Shown here piece by piece: positions 47,901 through 59,900 of a DNA stretch of 64,000 nt. The number at the start of each line of letters is the position of its first letter. Within the stretch, counting starts at the first letter, position 1. The stretch is from contig OZ037770.1 in NCBI GenBank assembly GCA_964035545.1, positions 10,360,973 to 10,424,972 on the forward strand, written 5' to 3'. Source of the stretch: Bugula neritina (lineage: Eukaryota; Animalia; Bryozoa). Made by a program: the position numbers and the translations under genes. Below the pieces are notes generated by a model. That model made no database searches. It was not told where the DNA came from and saw nothing but the letters and a program-made list of their open reading frames with translations.

Positions 47901-50900
47901 AACTCGGTGCATCCCTGCCGCAGTTGTTCTTCACTGGGTCGTCGCCCCTCCTTTTTGGCGCGATATACGTCGGCTACTACTCCGGGGAGGTCCTCCTAGA
48001 GTCTTCGTAGCTCCCTGACGTTATCAGCCAAGACAGGATTGGCACGGAGGCGTTGGATAGCCTCTGGGGGCGTAGTGGCCTTCTGTAGGAGTTGACCCTG
48101 GTCCCAGTCATACTCCGTTTCAGAGTGGTTCAATGCTCTCAACTTGGATTTTGGGGGACCTCCATCCCTCTTCTCGATGTTGAGGCATTGCTTGCACCCC
48201 TCGTCCGGTCGCCGGCTCAGTCCATCAGCATTGCCGTGTTTCTTACCGGGCCGATGCTCGATCCGGTAAGAGAACTCGGCCAGGACCTCGAGCCATCGGG
48301 CGACTTGACTGGACGGTTCTGCTCTCTTGCATAACCAAATCAAGGAGGCGTGATCAGTCCGCAAGCGGAACTTCCTGCCGTATAGATAAGGTCTGAAATG
48401 CTTCACCGACTTGATTACTGCCAGCAGTTCCTTTCGGGTAGTGCAGTAATTTCGTTCAGTGGGCGAGAGAGACTTACTGTAATAGGCCACGACCACTTCG
48501 CGGCCCTCCTGCACCTGGGACAGCACAGCGCCGACATTTTGGTCACTGGCGTCGGTATCGAGGATGTACTCCAGGCCAGGGTCTGGATAGGCTAAGATAG
48601 GGGCCTCTAGCAGGCGGCCCTTGAGGCAGTCGAACGCTCTCTGTTCGACGGGAGTCCACTGCCAGGTCACCCCCTTTGCGGTGAGCCGGTTTAACGGCTG
48701 CGCTACCCCCGCAAAGTCTGGTGTGTATTGCCTGTAATACCCTACCAGCCCCAGGAAAGCCCGTAGTCCGGTCAAATCCTGAGGGGTTACCCAATCTTCT
48801 ATAGCTCGTACTTTTTCAGGATCCGTCGCCACACCGTGTCGGCCGACGACGTGCCCCAGGTACTTCACCTCTGGCTGCAAGAGAGCGCACTTGGAGGGTT
48901 TGAGCTTCAGATTGGCACCTCGGAGTCGATCGAAGACCTCCCGCAGACGGCTGACGTGTGTTTGAAAGTCTCGGGAGATCACGATGACGTCGTCGAGGTA
49001 TACCAGCAGTGTCTTCCAGTGGAGTCCACTGAGGACCTGTTCCATGAGCCGCTGGAACGTGGCGGGGGCAGAAGTCAGTCCAAAGGGGAGGACTTTCCAC
49101 TTCCATAAGCCGTCCCGCGTGATGAACGCCGCCTTCTCCTGGGCGTCCGGGCTGAGAGGGACCTGCCAATAGCCGCTCAACAAGTCTAGCGTACTGAAGT
49201 ACTTGCTGCCGGCTAAGGCGTCCAGAGATTGGTCGATCCTGGGTAAGGGGTAGGCATCCTGTATGGTCACGCTATTGAGCTTGCGATAATCCACACAGAA
49301 CTGCCAACTGCCGTCTTTCTTTCGGACCAGGACGACCGGTGAGCTCCACGCACTATGTGCTGGCTCGATGAGGCCGCGGTCCAAAAGATCCCGGACTTGT
49401 TGGCTGACCTCCTTTTCCTTCTCGGGTCCCAGCCTCCTAGTGGGCTGGCGAATAGGGGTAGTCCCCGCAGCTAGCGGTATCTCATGACGGACGGCCGTGG
49501 TCAGGCCGACGTCATGGTCTCCGCTGCTGAACACGTCGCTATAATCACGTAGCAACTGAGCCATGGTCTGGCGTTCCACGTTGCCCGTGCAGCCGTCACA
49601 CGCTGCCTGGTATAGCTCTTTGACGTGTGGTGGGACGGTCCCCCGCCTAACTGACGGGCTCTGTTGGGGACCTTCCGTCGCAGCTCCCAGCGACGGCCCT
49701 ATATCCTCCTCCTGGATGGAGTGGAAGCGACCCAGCATGGATCCTGACAGCAATTGTACCGCTTAGGAGAAGGGGTTGACACACTGCACCAAGATCTCTC
49801 CTCGGTCAGTCAGCCAGTTAAGACTGCTGGCAAGTTGGATTCTTCTGTGCGCACCTTCGACAACCCCTAACCCCGAGAGTTGGCTATTGTTCACTCTGCA
49901 GTGAACGGTAGCCCGGGAGCGGCCGGGTATAGTACAGTTCCGTACTACCTGCACACCTCCCGCTAGGGGACGACCGAACTTGTCGACACAGGCGAGCTCC
50001 CTGCCGCCCATTAGCATGGCTGACTTGCTAAAGTCAATATGGCACCCGTGTCTCTTTAAGAACGGCATCCCCAGTATAGCATCTTCTTCGAGTTGGCTGA
50101 TGACGAAGGTTTCCTGAATGACCTGGTCGCGGACGCGCCCAGTCAGTTCTATGATACCGTAGAAAGGAATCCGCGACCCGTCAGCTAGGGTGCCCGGTTC
50201 CCCGGTATAGGGAGCTAAGGCTCCCCTCTCCCTAGGGGGGAGGGTGTCGAAGACCCGACGGCTGAGGAGATTAGTGGTACACCCGGAGTCTAACAGAAAG
50301 GTGACAGCTTTGCCAGCCACCTTCCCTGGCAAGAAGTAGCTGCCTCTGTGAGGTTGTACCCGTACTCCCCCAGCGTGCTCGGTCTCGGCCGAACGGGGCT
50401 GCGCCCGTTTGTTCCGCGGTTTGCGGGGCCGGTGAGAGTTTCCTTGGGGGGGGGTGTTTTGATCCTCCCCGATGCCCTGAGGGGGCTCGCTGGTCCGCTC
50501 CATTACTGGTAGCGGACCGAAGCGGTTGGTGAGAGGCAGAGAGAAGGGGTCTCGTGGTCGACCCGGCTGGCTGGTTCGGCGGGGTGTTTGCCATTGATGG
50601 GGGGCGGGCCGCTGGGCCCGTACGGGCTCCTGGCGACATCCACCCCGTTTTCTTCTCGGTTTGGGTCTCCGGAGCTCTGGAGGTCTCCGGGGAGGTTGTG
50701 GTTTCTGCTGCCGTTTGAATCGTGGGCCGCTTGGATGGCGCATTCCAAGCGTTGCATAGTGGGTCTGGGGGGTTTTGTTGCTGGTCTCTTATATCTCCTG
50801 GAGTGGTTGTATGCTATGGTCGCCATCAATTGTCCCAGTTTAGTCATCAAGCGGTCCATCTCCATCTCTATAGGGGGGCTAGTGGTAGCGGCAGCTATTC

Positions 50901-53900
50901 GGACCAGGTGGTCTGGCTCTCTAGAGGTCCGCGGAGCAGTCTCCTCCGTCTTGTAGAGCTGCTCGGCCACAGCGTAGGCCTTGTTTTCTTGAGTTGCGGC
51001 CTCGATCGTGGTTACTCCCTTGGCTTGTAACTGGTGGTGGAAGTCCAAAGTGTTGAGGGACTGTACAAAATCTTCGAATGTATAGCGCCGTCTGTGTGTT
51101 TCTGGCAGATCGCTATACGCGGTCCGTGCCAGTCTCTGCACCAGAGTGGCGTGATCAGGAAGCGGTGTACATGTCTTGCAGAGCAGTCCCTGCAGCTTGG
51201 ACTTGACGACGGCAACGGGTATGCCAAAACGGGCCCGTAGCGTAGCAATGATCCCGTTTACGCTAGACCCCCACCCGTACGGCTTGGCTTCTTCCGTCAG
51301 TGCCATTCGTAGTTTTGCAAGAGTTACTCTTGGCGGCCATCTTGTAATGGCTGCAACTTCACGGAACTCTTGAATGAATTGTTCAACATCTTCAAGGCCC
51401 GTGAACACGGGAACCTCTAATGTATGTCTATACGCCTCCTCTCCAGCTCTGAGAGGGCCTATGATAATGTTTCGCTCACCTTCTTCTATTGAAGTTACAC
51501 TTTTGTCCATGATGTTCTAATACTTTCCCATTGTCTTTATATAGTAGCTAGTAATCCCACCGCTGCCACCACTGTAGTAATTCGTGCAATTACTGTGCGT
51601 GAGTTCCTAGCTTTGTAATTATAGTCTATTTATCCACATCAATAAAGTATTTAAGTGAGATTCACGAGGTTTATTTATTACTAAGTATATAGAAGATACA
51701 AAAAGTACGCAGACTTGAAACACTACATCTTTACTCGCTTAGTACGCTCTCTCTACTACTACTACTACTACTCGCTGAGGGTTATCACATGACGCACTCT
51801 GATTGGCTAAAGGGGCTTGGGGGACGCGCGTATTACGTACTCACTACAATATCATATTATCAAACACTTGTTTTAGTTGACTGAAGTGAGACTAAAGTAT
51901 GAGAAACTGGAGAAGAAATTCTTGGCTAGTAGAAAGAAGACTAAAGAGGAACTGAACAGATACATGGAGAGAGAAGTTGGAACTGCTTTGTCTCAACTGA
52001 GCAACAGTAGAATGAAGATAGAAGCTCAGCTTAGACAAAACCATCAGGTTTGTATAGAATTCAATATCTTTTACTAAACTCTAAAGTGTGTTTTCCATTT
52101 TGCTGATTTCCTATCTTCTAATAATTTCTACTTCATGATTTACACTTTGCGGTATACAAGCTATGCTGTTAGGTAGGCTGGTTTCTTTTCTCAATTACTT
52201 ATAAACACAAATAAATGTGTGTGTTATATAATAGTATGTAATAGAGTATATTATAATTATAGTGGTGCATTTTTAGAATATTGTTTGTTATATAATATAG
52301 TGTTTGTTATATAATAGTGTGTGTTTTATAATAGTATATGCTATGTAATAGTGTGCTATGTATTGAATGTTAAACAAATTAGCAATATTTAGAGCCAGTA
52401 ACATATTCACCGGCTTTCCATGGCTCTCAGATCGATATCAGTGAAATCGATCCATGGAAAGACGTCAAACATCGATCTCTATCGATCTGAGCAACTCAGA
52501 TCAATCTCAAGGCAGTAAGACCATGGAAAGACGCCAGATCGATCTGAGAAGTAGAAAAATGACTGCTCACTATGAAATGTTGTCTACTAATAAAATGATA
52601 ACTTATTGCTAATTACTAAGCAAAGTACTTAATAATTACGATAACCACCTTTTCAGATGCCAAAACTTTGACTTTCAACACAATGATTAAGAAAACTTAA
52701 TTATATAAAATTATAGACCGTAGGAGGTACAAAAAGTGGTAACATTTAAATGACTAGTAAAACGTACTTTCGTTAGTTATTTGCTGCGTAATTTTAAGCC
52801 TAACAGTTCTGTAAGTTTATGAATAATCTGCAAAACAGCTATTAATTTTATATAAGCTGTCAAGCATGATATTGTTGTATTTTTGTGTACTACCAATTGG
52901 GTGTTATTGTGTGTTGATAGTTACTGCATATCCACTTGTAAGGTTATGTAAAGAGCCGAACTAGTTGATCATTTAAAGAGAGAACTGCATTTGAATCACT
53001 TATACACAACATAGATAAATCATAGGTACAAAAGAGAACGACTATAATCTGTAAAAAAGTGTTACATATAGTTAACCTAGTTGTCTATTACTGTCAAGGC
53101 TGGCTGTGGGCGCCGGAAGGTATCACTTGTATACGTGGAGCGGATCCTGATTATATGAGCCAAGGTTCCAGCGCTGTCATCGTGGAGTATAACGGAGCGC
53201 CGCATGGGACTGCACCATGGCTTGCGGAGTTGTCATCCTTGACGATATTTACATCATAATCTATATAGAGTCGCCCAATGCAACAAACACGGTCAAGAAA
53301 GTAGGTTTGTAATGAGCGGCCATTACCCAAAGAAGAAAGAAATGTCCACATGAAAGGATAGGGGACGAGCTAGTGTTAAGAACCAAGGCATACCCGGAGT
53401 TGGGTTAGCGGGTACGAATATTTTGTTTCAGGCGGCCTACTGAGTCTTTTAGTTGACTTAGTCCATGAGTGGCAGCCAGCAGTTGGGGTGCAAGCTACCC
53501 AAACTCCGCTTGGAGTTTCCGTATCTGCCGCTCAGCCTCGTGGATAGAGTCACAAGAAGTCCTGGGGCTCTTGACAGCCTGGCCAGCCCTTTGAGGAGAA
53601 GGTCGCCGACGGGTGAGGGCGTCCAACTGGCATTGGCGGCGTATTCACACGATTGATCCTCATTGGGCGATGAGAATGGGGCTGGCAAGCGAATGCCAGC
53701 TTAGTGGGCAGTCTCATCCGATCAGGCTCCAAAATGGGTTCTGGTGCTAAGAGTTGTGTGGTCGAGAATCCTTTGAGCAAAACAAGCAAGTTTCTCGGAT
53801 TTCTGATAAGTGGCCGAATGAGGGCGTAGAACTGTATGAAGCTGTGCTTATCTACCAGAAGAACAGCTCCTCTATAACAGCTTGTCGTCTGTTGGTGACA

Positions 53901-56900
53901 CAGGATGTAGCGTTCGTTAGAACTGTGCTCTCTACATGAGCAAAATGTCATCATGTAATGTTGGCTCATATGAGTTTTCAGTTCTCTGGTAGAGTCAAAT
54001 GTCTCCTGGCACAGCTGACAATCCGTGTTATCAATGTCTTCCCAGTCGGCCTGTATCTGTCAGTTGCCGGGTCTACCCAGTGCCATCGTCTGTGGTGAGG
54101 GTCCGGTAGCTCGTTCTGCGTATTTAGAAGGAGAAGAGAAGGTGGCTAACTTGATAACATGACATCGTCCCAGATGAGCTTGGGTGACATAGAGGCACCC
54201 GCGGTAGCAGGTGGAGTGGTATCTAAAAGGGCAGAATTAGATTTGACCCCTAAGGATCTGAATATTCTAACACAAGTGAGACCATACATTATACAGTCTG
54301 AGAATCGCAACCCTTTTACATACACTCGTGAGATCATTCACAATGGGGGGTAGACTGACCAAGAGCTACGGATTCCAGTAAAAGTTCTAATAGATCCCTT
54401 GTCAGTTCATGTTCTCCCCACCGTTACCCATTGTCAAAATCTCCAGCTAGTCCAACTTCACTAAATTAGCTATGCAGAACTGAACTGATGGCAGACCCGT
54501 TTTCATACTAATCAGAATACTAGGCCTGATCGACTTACCTCGAAACTCAGTATTTGGTTGCATACTTAAACATTTAGAGATAAAGTATGAGATAGTACTT
54601 TAACTACGTCGGCGTATGGAAAAGACTTTGTACTGTTGGTGGATTGATTCTGTCCACAGCTCCGCCCTCGCAAAATTCACTTTCACTTCTGGAGGCACAA
54701 CTCCTACGCTGCCCGCAGCAATTCCTTGCGAGGCCCACCACTTGACTCAGTGATCTCCATTTCGTAGGCAGTCGCAGACGACGTCTTGCAAATAAGGCGG
54801 GGGTTGCCGTGTCTGCTAGCTTTTTTCTAGACACAGCGGAGACTCTACAGGTAGACCCACAGGATTCACAAGGGGAGCCGCCTGAATGGGGGAGCCACTA
54901 TCAGCTTCAGCCTCGTCGTTTGAGTTAGGACCGTCCTCTGGAAGGAAGGTCCCACCTCCCATGGCCTGGATTGGGTGCAGGGGGTGGCAGGATAAGAAAA
55001 GTTGCTAGAGGCGGCCGCCTTTCTTCTGGTGGAAGGGGTGACCGCTCGTCCCTCACCAGATCCCTGTCCTATAGCACAACCACTTCAAACTCTGGTCTGT
55101 TTGTATCCACCCCCGCATCGCTGTCTGCCTCCTGGGCTCGAGCAACGGGGGTGCTTTACCTGCCGTATCAGGCCTAGCCCAATACGGTTTCAAGCAAACC
55201 TCATTCTGAAGAGACACCTGCCCTGAACGTTCGATCTTGTATGTATGATTGGCAGAGCCTCAATTACCAATAGAGCCCCACGAACTTGGGCTGTAACTTA
55301 GCCGCTTGTCCGCGGTGCCTGCGGTAGTTGGCCATCTAGACCCAGTCCCCCACTTGATAAGGGGGAGGCTCATCAGAGTCCTGGATCAATACTTGCCATT
55401 GCTTCTCTCGAAGCATTTTGTGTGCAGCCCTCATGCGTTCCACCATCTCCTCCACGTACTTATGTACAGAGTTATCGTCATTGGGAATGTGATAGGTCAG
55501 GTGGTCAGGGACCCGGGTCTCTCGACAGAGCATCAAGAAGTTGGGGGGCTTCACTAGTCCTAGTGTGACTGGTACTGCGGTGGGTCCTCATAACCTGTGG
55601 AAGTACCATATCCCATTCTTGGCCACGGCCGAGGAGCATCTCCTACATGCGGTTGTTACGCTTCACAACCACATTAGCTTGAGGAACGTACGAGGTAGTC
55701 CTGCTTTGACTTACCCCCCCCCCCCAGAGTCGACAGAGGTCACTCATAAGTTGCGACTAGAACTGGGCACTTTGGTCCAAATGTATCTGCTCAAGGAGGC
55801 CGAGATAGCAGAAAACATTCTGGTCAAGCACCTGGGCCACAGTTGGACCCGACACGTCTGGGATAGCCAGGGTGTTGACCCACCGAGTAAAGTGGTCTAT
55901 GAGCACCAAGATCCAGCTGTTGCCTCGGGGTGTCGGGGGCATGGGGCCTACCAGATCAACAGCTACCACCTGCCATGGTTGACCAGGTTAATGCCGTCGC
56001 CGCCCCGAATCGCTTGGGGTCGGACTTGCTTACTGGTCTGGTAGATCTCACACTGTTTCACTTTGAGCCGCACATCACGCCCCATCTTTGGTTAGTACCG
56101 CCGGAGTTGTAGCTTGGCGAGTACCCACTAGACTCCTGCGTGAACCTGCTTGTGGGTTTCCCAAATTAACTCCCGGTTGATGGCAAAGGGACAGACCATC
56201 CGCTCCCACCTCAGGTGACCGCCGTTGGCAGCCAACTTGATGGTCAGAAGCCCAGCCTCTTTGATCCGCAAAGAGTCCCAGCGGTGAAAACACATCTGGA
56301 GTTCATCGCACCCTTGCTGCTGCTGCTCCTCACCGGGTTGCTTGCCCGCCTTCTCGGGTCGGTAAACGTCGGTTATTACTCCAAGCAATGTTTAATGGAA
56401 TTTCAGCTCACTGACATTACCAACCAAAATGGGTTGATGCGGAGAGCGTGCACAGCATCGGCAGAATTGTCAGCCACCAGCCGACCATGCTTCCAGCTTC
56501 ACGCCTCTCCGTTTTCAGGTTGTGCCTCAACCTCGGATCACGAGAGGTCTGTGACACTCCTCTCAATGTTGAGACACTGTCTGCATCGTCCGTCCGTATT
56601 GCCGTGTTTCTTCCCGGATCAATAATCGAGTCGGTAGAAGAACTAGGCCAGGATTTCTAGCCATCGTGCGACCATGCTGGAAGGTTCAGCCTTGTTACAC
56701 AACCAAATCAATGAGGCATAATCCATTTACAGCCGGAACATTCCGCCATAGAGATAGGGTCAGGAAGGCTTCACTGCTTTAATTACTGCCAGGAGCTCCT
56801 TCCTGTAATAAGCAATGACTACCTATCGACTCTCCTGGATCTGCAATAGTGCAGAACCCACATTGTGGTCGCTGGCATCAGTGTCCAGGATGTATTCCCA

Positions 56901-59900
56901 TGCAGGGTCGGGGTAGGCCAAGACGAGCGCTCTGAACAAGGAACCCTTGAGGCGGTCGAATGCTTGCAGTTCAGCCATTGGATCCCCTTTGCAGTGAGCC
57001 AATTCCACGGCTGCGCTATTCTCACAAAATCTGGTATGTACTGCCAGTAATATCCTAACTTCCTCCGTGTCAAAGGGCACTCCCTGCGAAGGTGCCCGCG
57101 GTTACCACACTCCTAACAGGTGATAGCCAGATCTCTCGGTGGTCCCGATCACGACCTCAAGGGTCTGTGAGCCGGCCTCGCCGCTGGGGATTGTGTAAGC
57201 GCCTCCATCATTTTCGCCACCGTGTCGGTCACTTGCACAACCTTAGAGGCTGTCGAAGACTTTGTAGTGGCGACAGCTATGCGGTTCACCATCTCAGCCT
57301 CACTAAGAGTAGTTGCCAAACTACTTTAACCTGACAGGACCCCACACGACTCCTGTGTAACTGAGTAGCCAACAGGTAAACCTCACCTTCATGCAGCGCA
57401 TCTTCGACCGTCTCGACTCACCTCGATAAAAACTGGTGATGGAGTCCTAAGTCATTTACCGACTGCACAAACTCATCGAAGTGTACCTCTCATAGTTAAC
57501 AGATGGCAGGTTACCGTGCACGATTTGTGCTAGCGGTTTAACAGCAGCAGCATGTTCTTGCAAGAAAGTGCGCGTGTCGCGCGCAGCCCTTGCGAGCGAA
57601 CTCTGGCGTCTATAGCAGAGAGGCCAAATCGAGCCCGTAATGCAGCAAAGATACTGTTGACATCGGGTCCTAACCCATAAGATGTGGCCTTATCTGTCAA
57701 CGCCAGCTGCAATTTCAACAGGGCTACACGGGGTGGCCATTGGGTGACGGCTGCAACGTCACTGAACTCCTGAATGAATTGCTCTACTTCCTCATTGCCG
57801 GTAAATATGGGGGCCTTCAGGCTGTACTTCTCACCAAGTAGTTCCTTGTGAGCTTCCTCATCACATGGCACTGGATTTTCAAGAACAATTTGAATTGTGG
57901 GCTCACCTTCCCTTTGTCGCGGAGGTTACGCAGGGTTTTCCACCATGGCAGAAACTCCATCATTGTCTGCCGCCATTATAATCCCTCTTTTTTGTCCGGA
58001 TAGCGGTTGCATTGACACACAATTATCCCACCGCTGCCACCACTGTTGTAGCTTTGTGCACTACTAATTGGGTGCTATTGTGTGTTGATAGTTACTGCAT
58101 ATCCACTTGTGAGGTTATGTAAAGAACGAAACTAGTTGATCGTTTAAAGAGAGAACTGCATTAGAATTACTTATACACAAAAGAGATAAATCATGAGTAT
58201 AAAAAAAACAAGTATTATCTGCAAAAAAGTGTTACATATAGTTAACCTAGTTGTCTATTACTGTCAAGACTGGCTGTGGGTGCCGGAAGGTATCACTAAT
58301 ATATGTAGAGTGGATCCCGACTGGATGAGCCTAGGGTCCGGCGGCGTCAGTGTAGAGTATGACAGGGCGCCGTGTGGGACTGTGGCATGGCTTGCGGAGT
58401 TGTCGTCCTTGAATATATTTACACCATAATCTATGTAGTCATGTTTAGCAGGGAACAGAGAGGGGTATACTTACCCTAGCCATTACAATATTTAAATTAT
58501 TTATCCTAAATTGGGCAAATTACTTTACACTAAAACCTTTACTGCGTAGAGTTTATAGTTGGCGTTAAATCTTAGACTATGGAAATTTTGTTTTTCAACA
58601 ACAGTAGCGTTAATTACTCAGATGGGTGAATAAATTACACTATTTAAGTATTCTTCACTTAAGAGGAGGCAACTCCGCGAGATCGACCTAACACTCTCAT
58701 GGAAAACCGATAGCTCTGGGCGAGTTCAATCTGAGATCGATTCATGGAAAGCCAGTGAATATTTAACATAAAATATGAGCAGTGACAGAAAGATGTGAAA
58801 TATATATTAGTTATTTTTTATCTGTCTAGCAACTGTTCATATGTGGTCACATGTTACAGGTGGATCTGGTTGAAGGATTTGCAGAGATTAAAGACAGAAT
58901 ACAGAGACTGATATCTGTTGAGATACCTAAACTAAAGCTGTGTGATGTCATGTCTTTAAAGGTCAAAGGTTAGTATACTAGACTAGAGCTGTGTGATGTC
59001 ATGTTTCTAAAGGTCAAAGGTTAGTATACTACACTAGAGCTGTGTGATGTCATGTCTTTAAAGGTCAATGGTTAGTATACTAGACTCTTGGAATTCAAGC
59101 CTGATTTGTCAATTCAAGTCCTTCATTAAGCTGCCAGTTTGTATTATAATTGTAATGTGAATTATGTTGTATGTATAAACTATGCACGCACATACACACA
59201 CTATGTATAATATCTTGTAGAAGGGAAGAAAGATGTGAAAGTAGACTTGGTTCCTGCAGCAGACATGATTATTAGTTTAGATCAAGAAGTGACAACTTCT
59301 ACTCTTCCTAATTCTTTCACGCTTATACAGTCTGTTGATGTTTCTAATAACTGTTGGTCTGTCTGTGAATATCATGAAAACGTATACATAGGAATGTACA
59401 AGAGGATAGATAGACTATGTGGAGGTTTTGTTGTTGGGAATACATTCATTGGTGTTAATAGTAATGCGAATGCAGTTTCAGTTTATAAGAACTGTTTGTA
59501 TGCTTTGGTGCGTAGGAGTAATTGGGAGGTACATGTGTATGATCTTACTGGGAAACAGGTGACCAGCTGGTCTCACCATGATAGTAGTGGGTATGTAAAC
59601 AAACTTGCTATTGTTGACAACCACGTTGTAGTTCCTGATAGACGCAATAGGAAACTTACAATCTACTCTCTTACTGGGGAGGTGATTAAACATGTCCTAT
59701 GTGCTCTACTCAGTAATAGTCATACAGCAATATGTGCAGCAGACAGACATTGTGTAGTAGTTTCTGACTCTGGTTCCTCTCAAGTATTTAAACTAGACTT
59801 GACAACAGAGAAAGTCATTTGGACATGCAAGGATGTCTCTGAATCACAAGGTGTGACCTGCTATAGAAGTAAATATATTCTTGTGACTAACCACAGCAGT

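Larger units (their letters stand above)
44277..51848 (-). mobile_element. Ty3/Gypsy LTR retrotransposon A, full length, recent
   Basis: 276-bp TG..CA LTRs (44277-44552, 51573-51848; 3 substitutions seen), ATAT TSD confirmed by the empty site in copy 1, tRNA-Leu PBS 51554-51571, PPT at ~44553-44564, gag-PR-RT-RH-INT order. Confidence 0.96.

Noticed and set aside
44822-57334. Many plus-strand and alternative-frame ORFs inside the Gypsy elements
   Set aside because: Expected in GC-richer coding DNA; no motifs and no conservation between elements A and B that I could see.
9392-59693. Recurrent antisense ORF MFNYLPSKRV... in all four genes
   Set aside because: Shadow of conserved exon 7; its end varies with the sense-strand changes.
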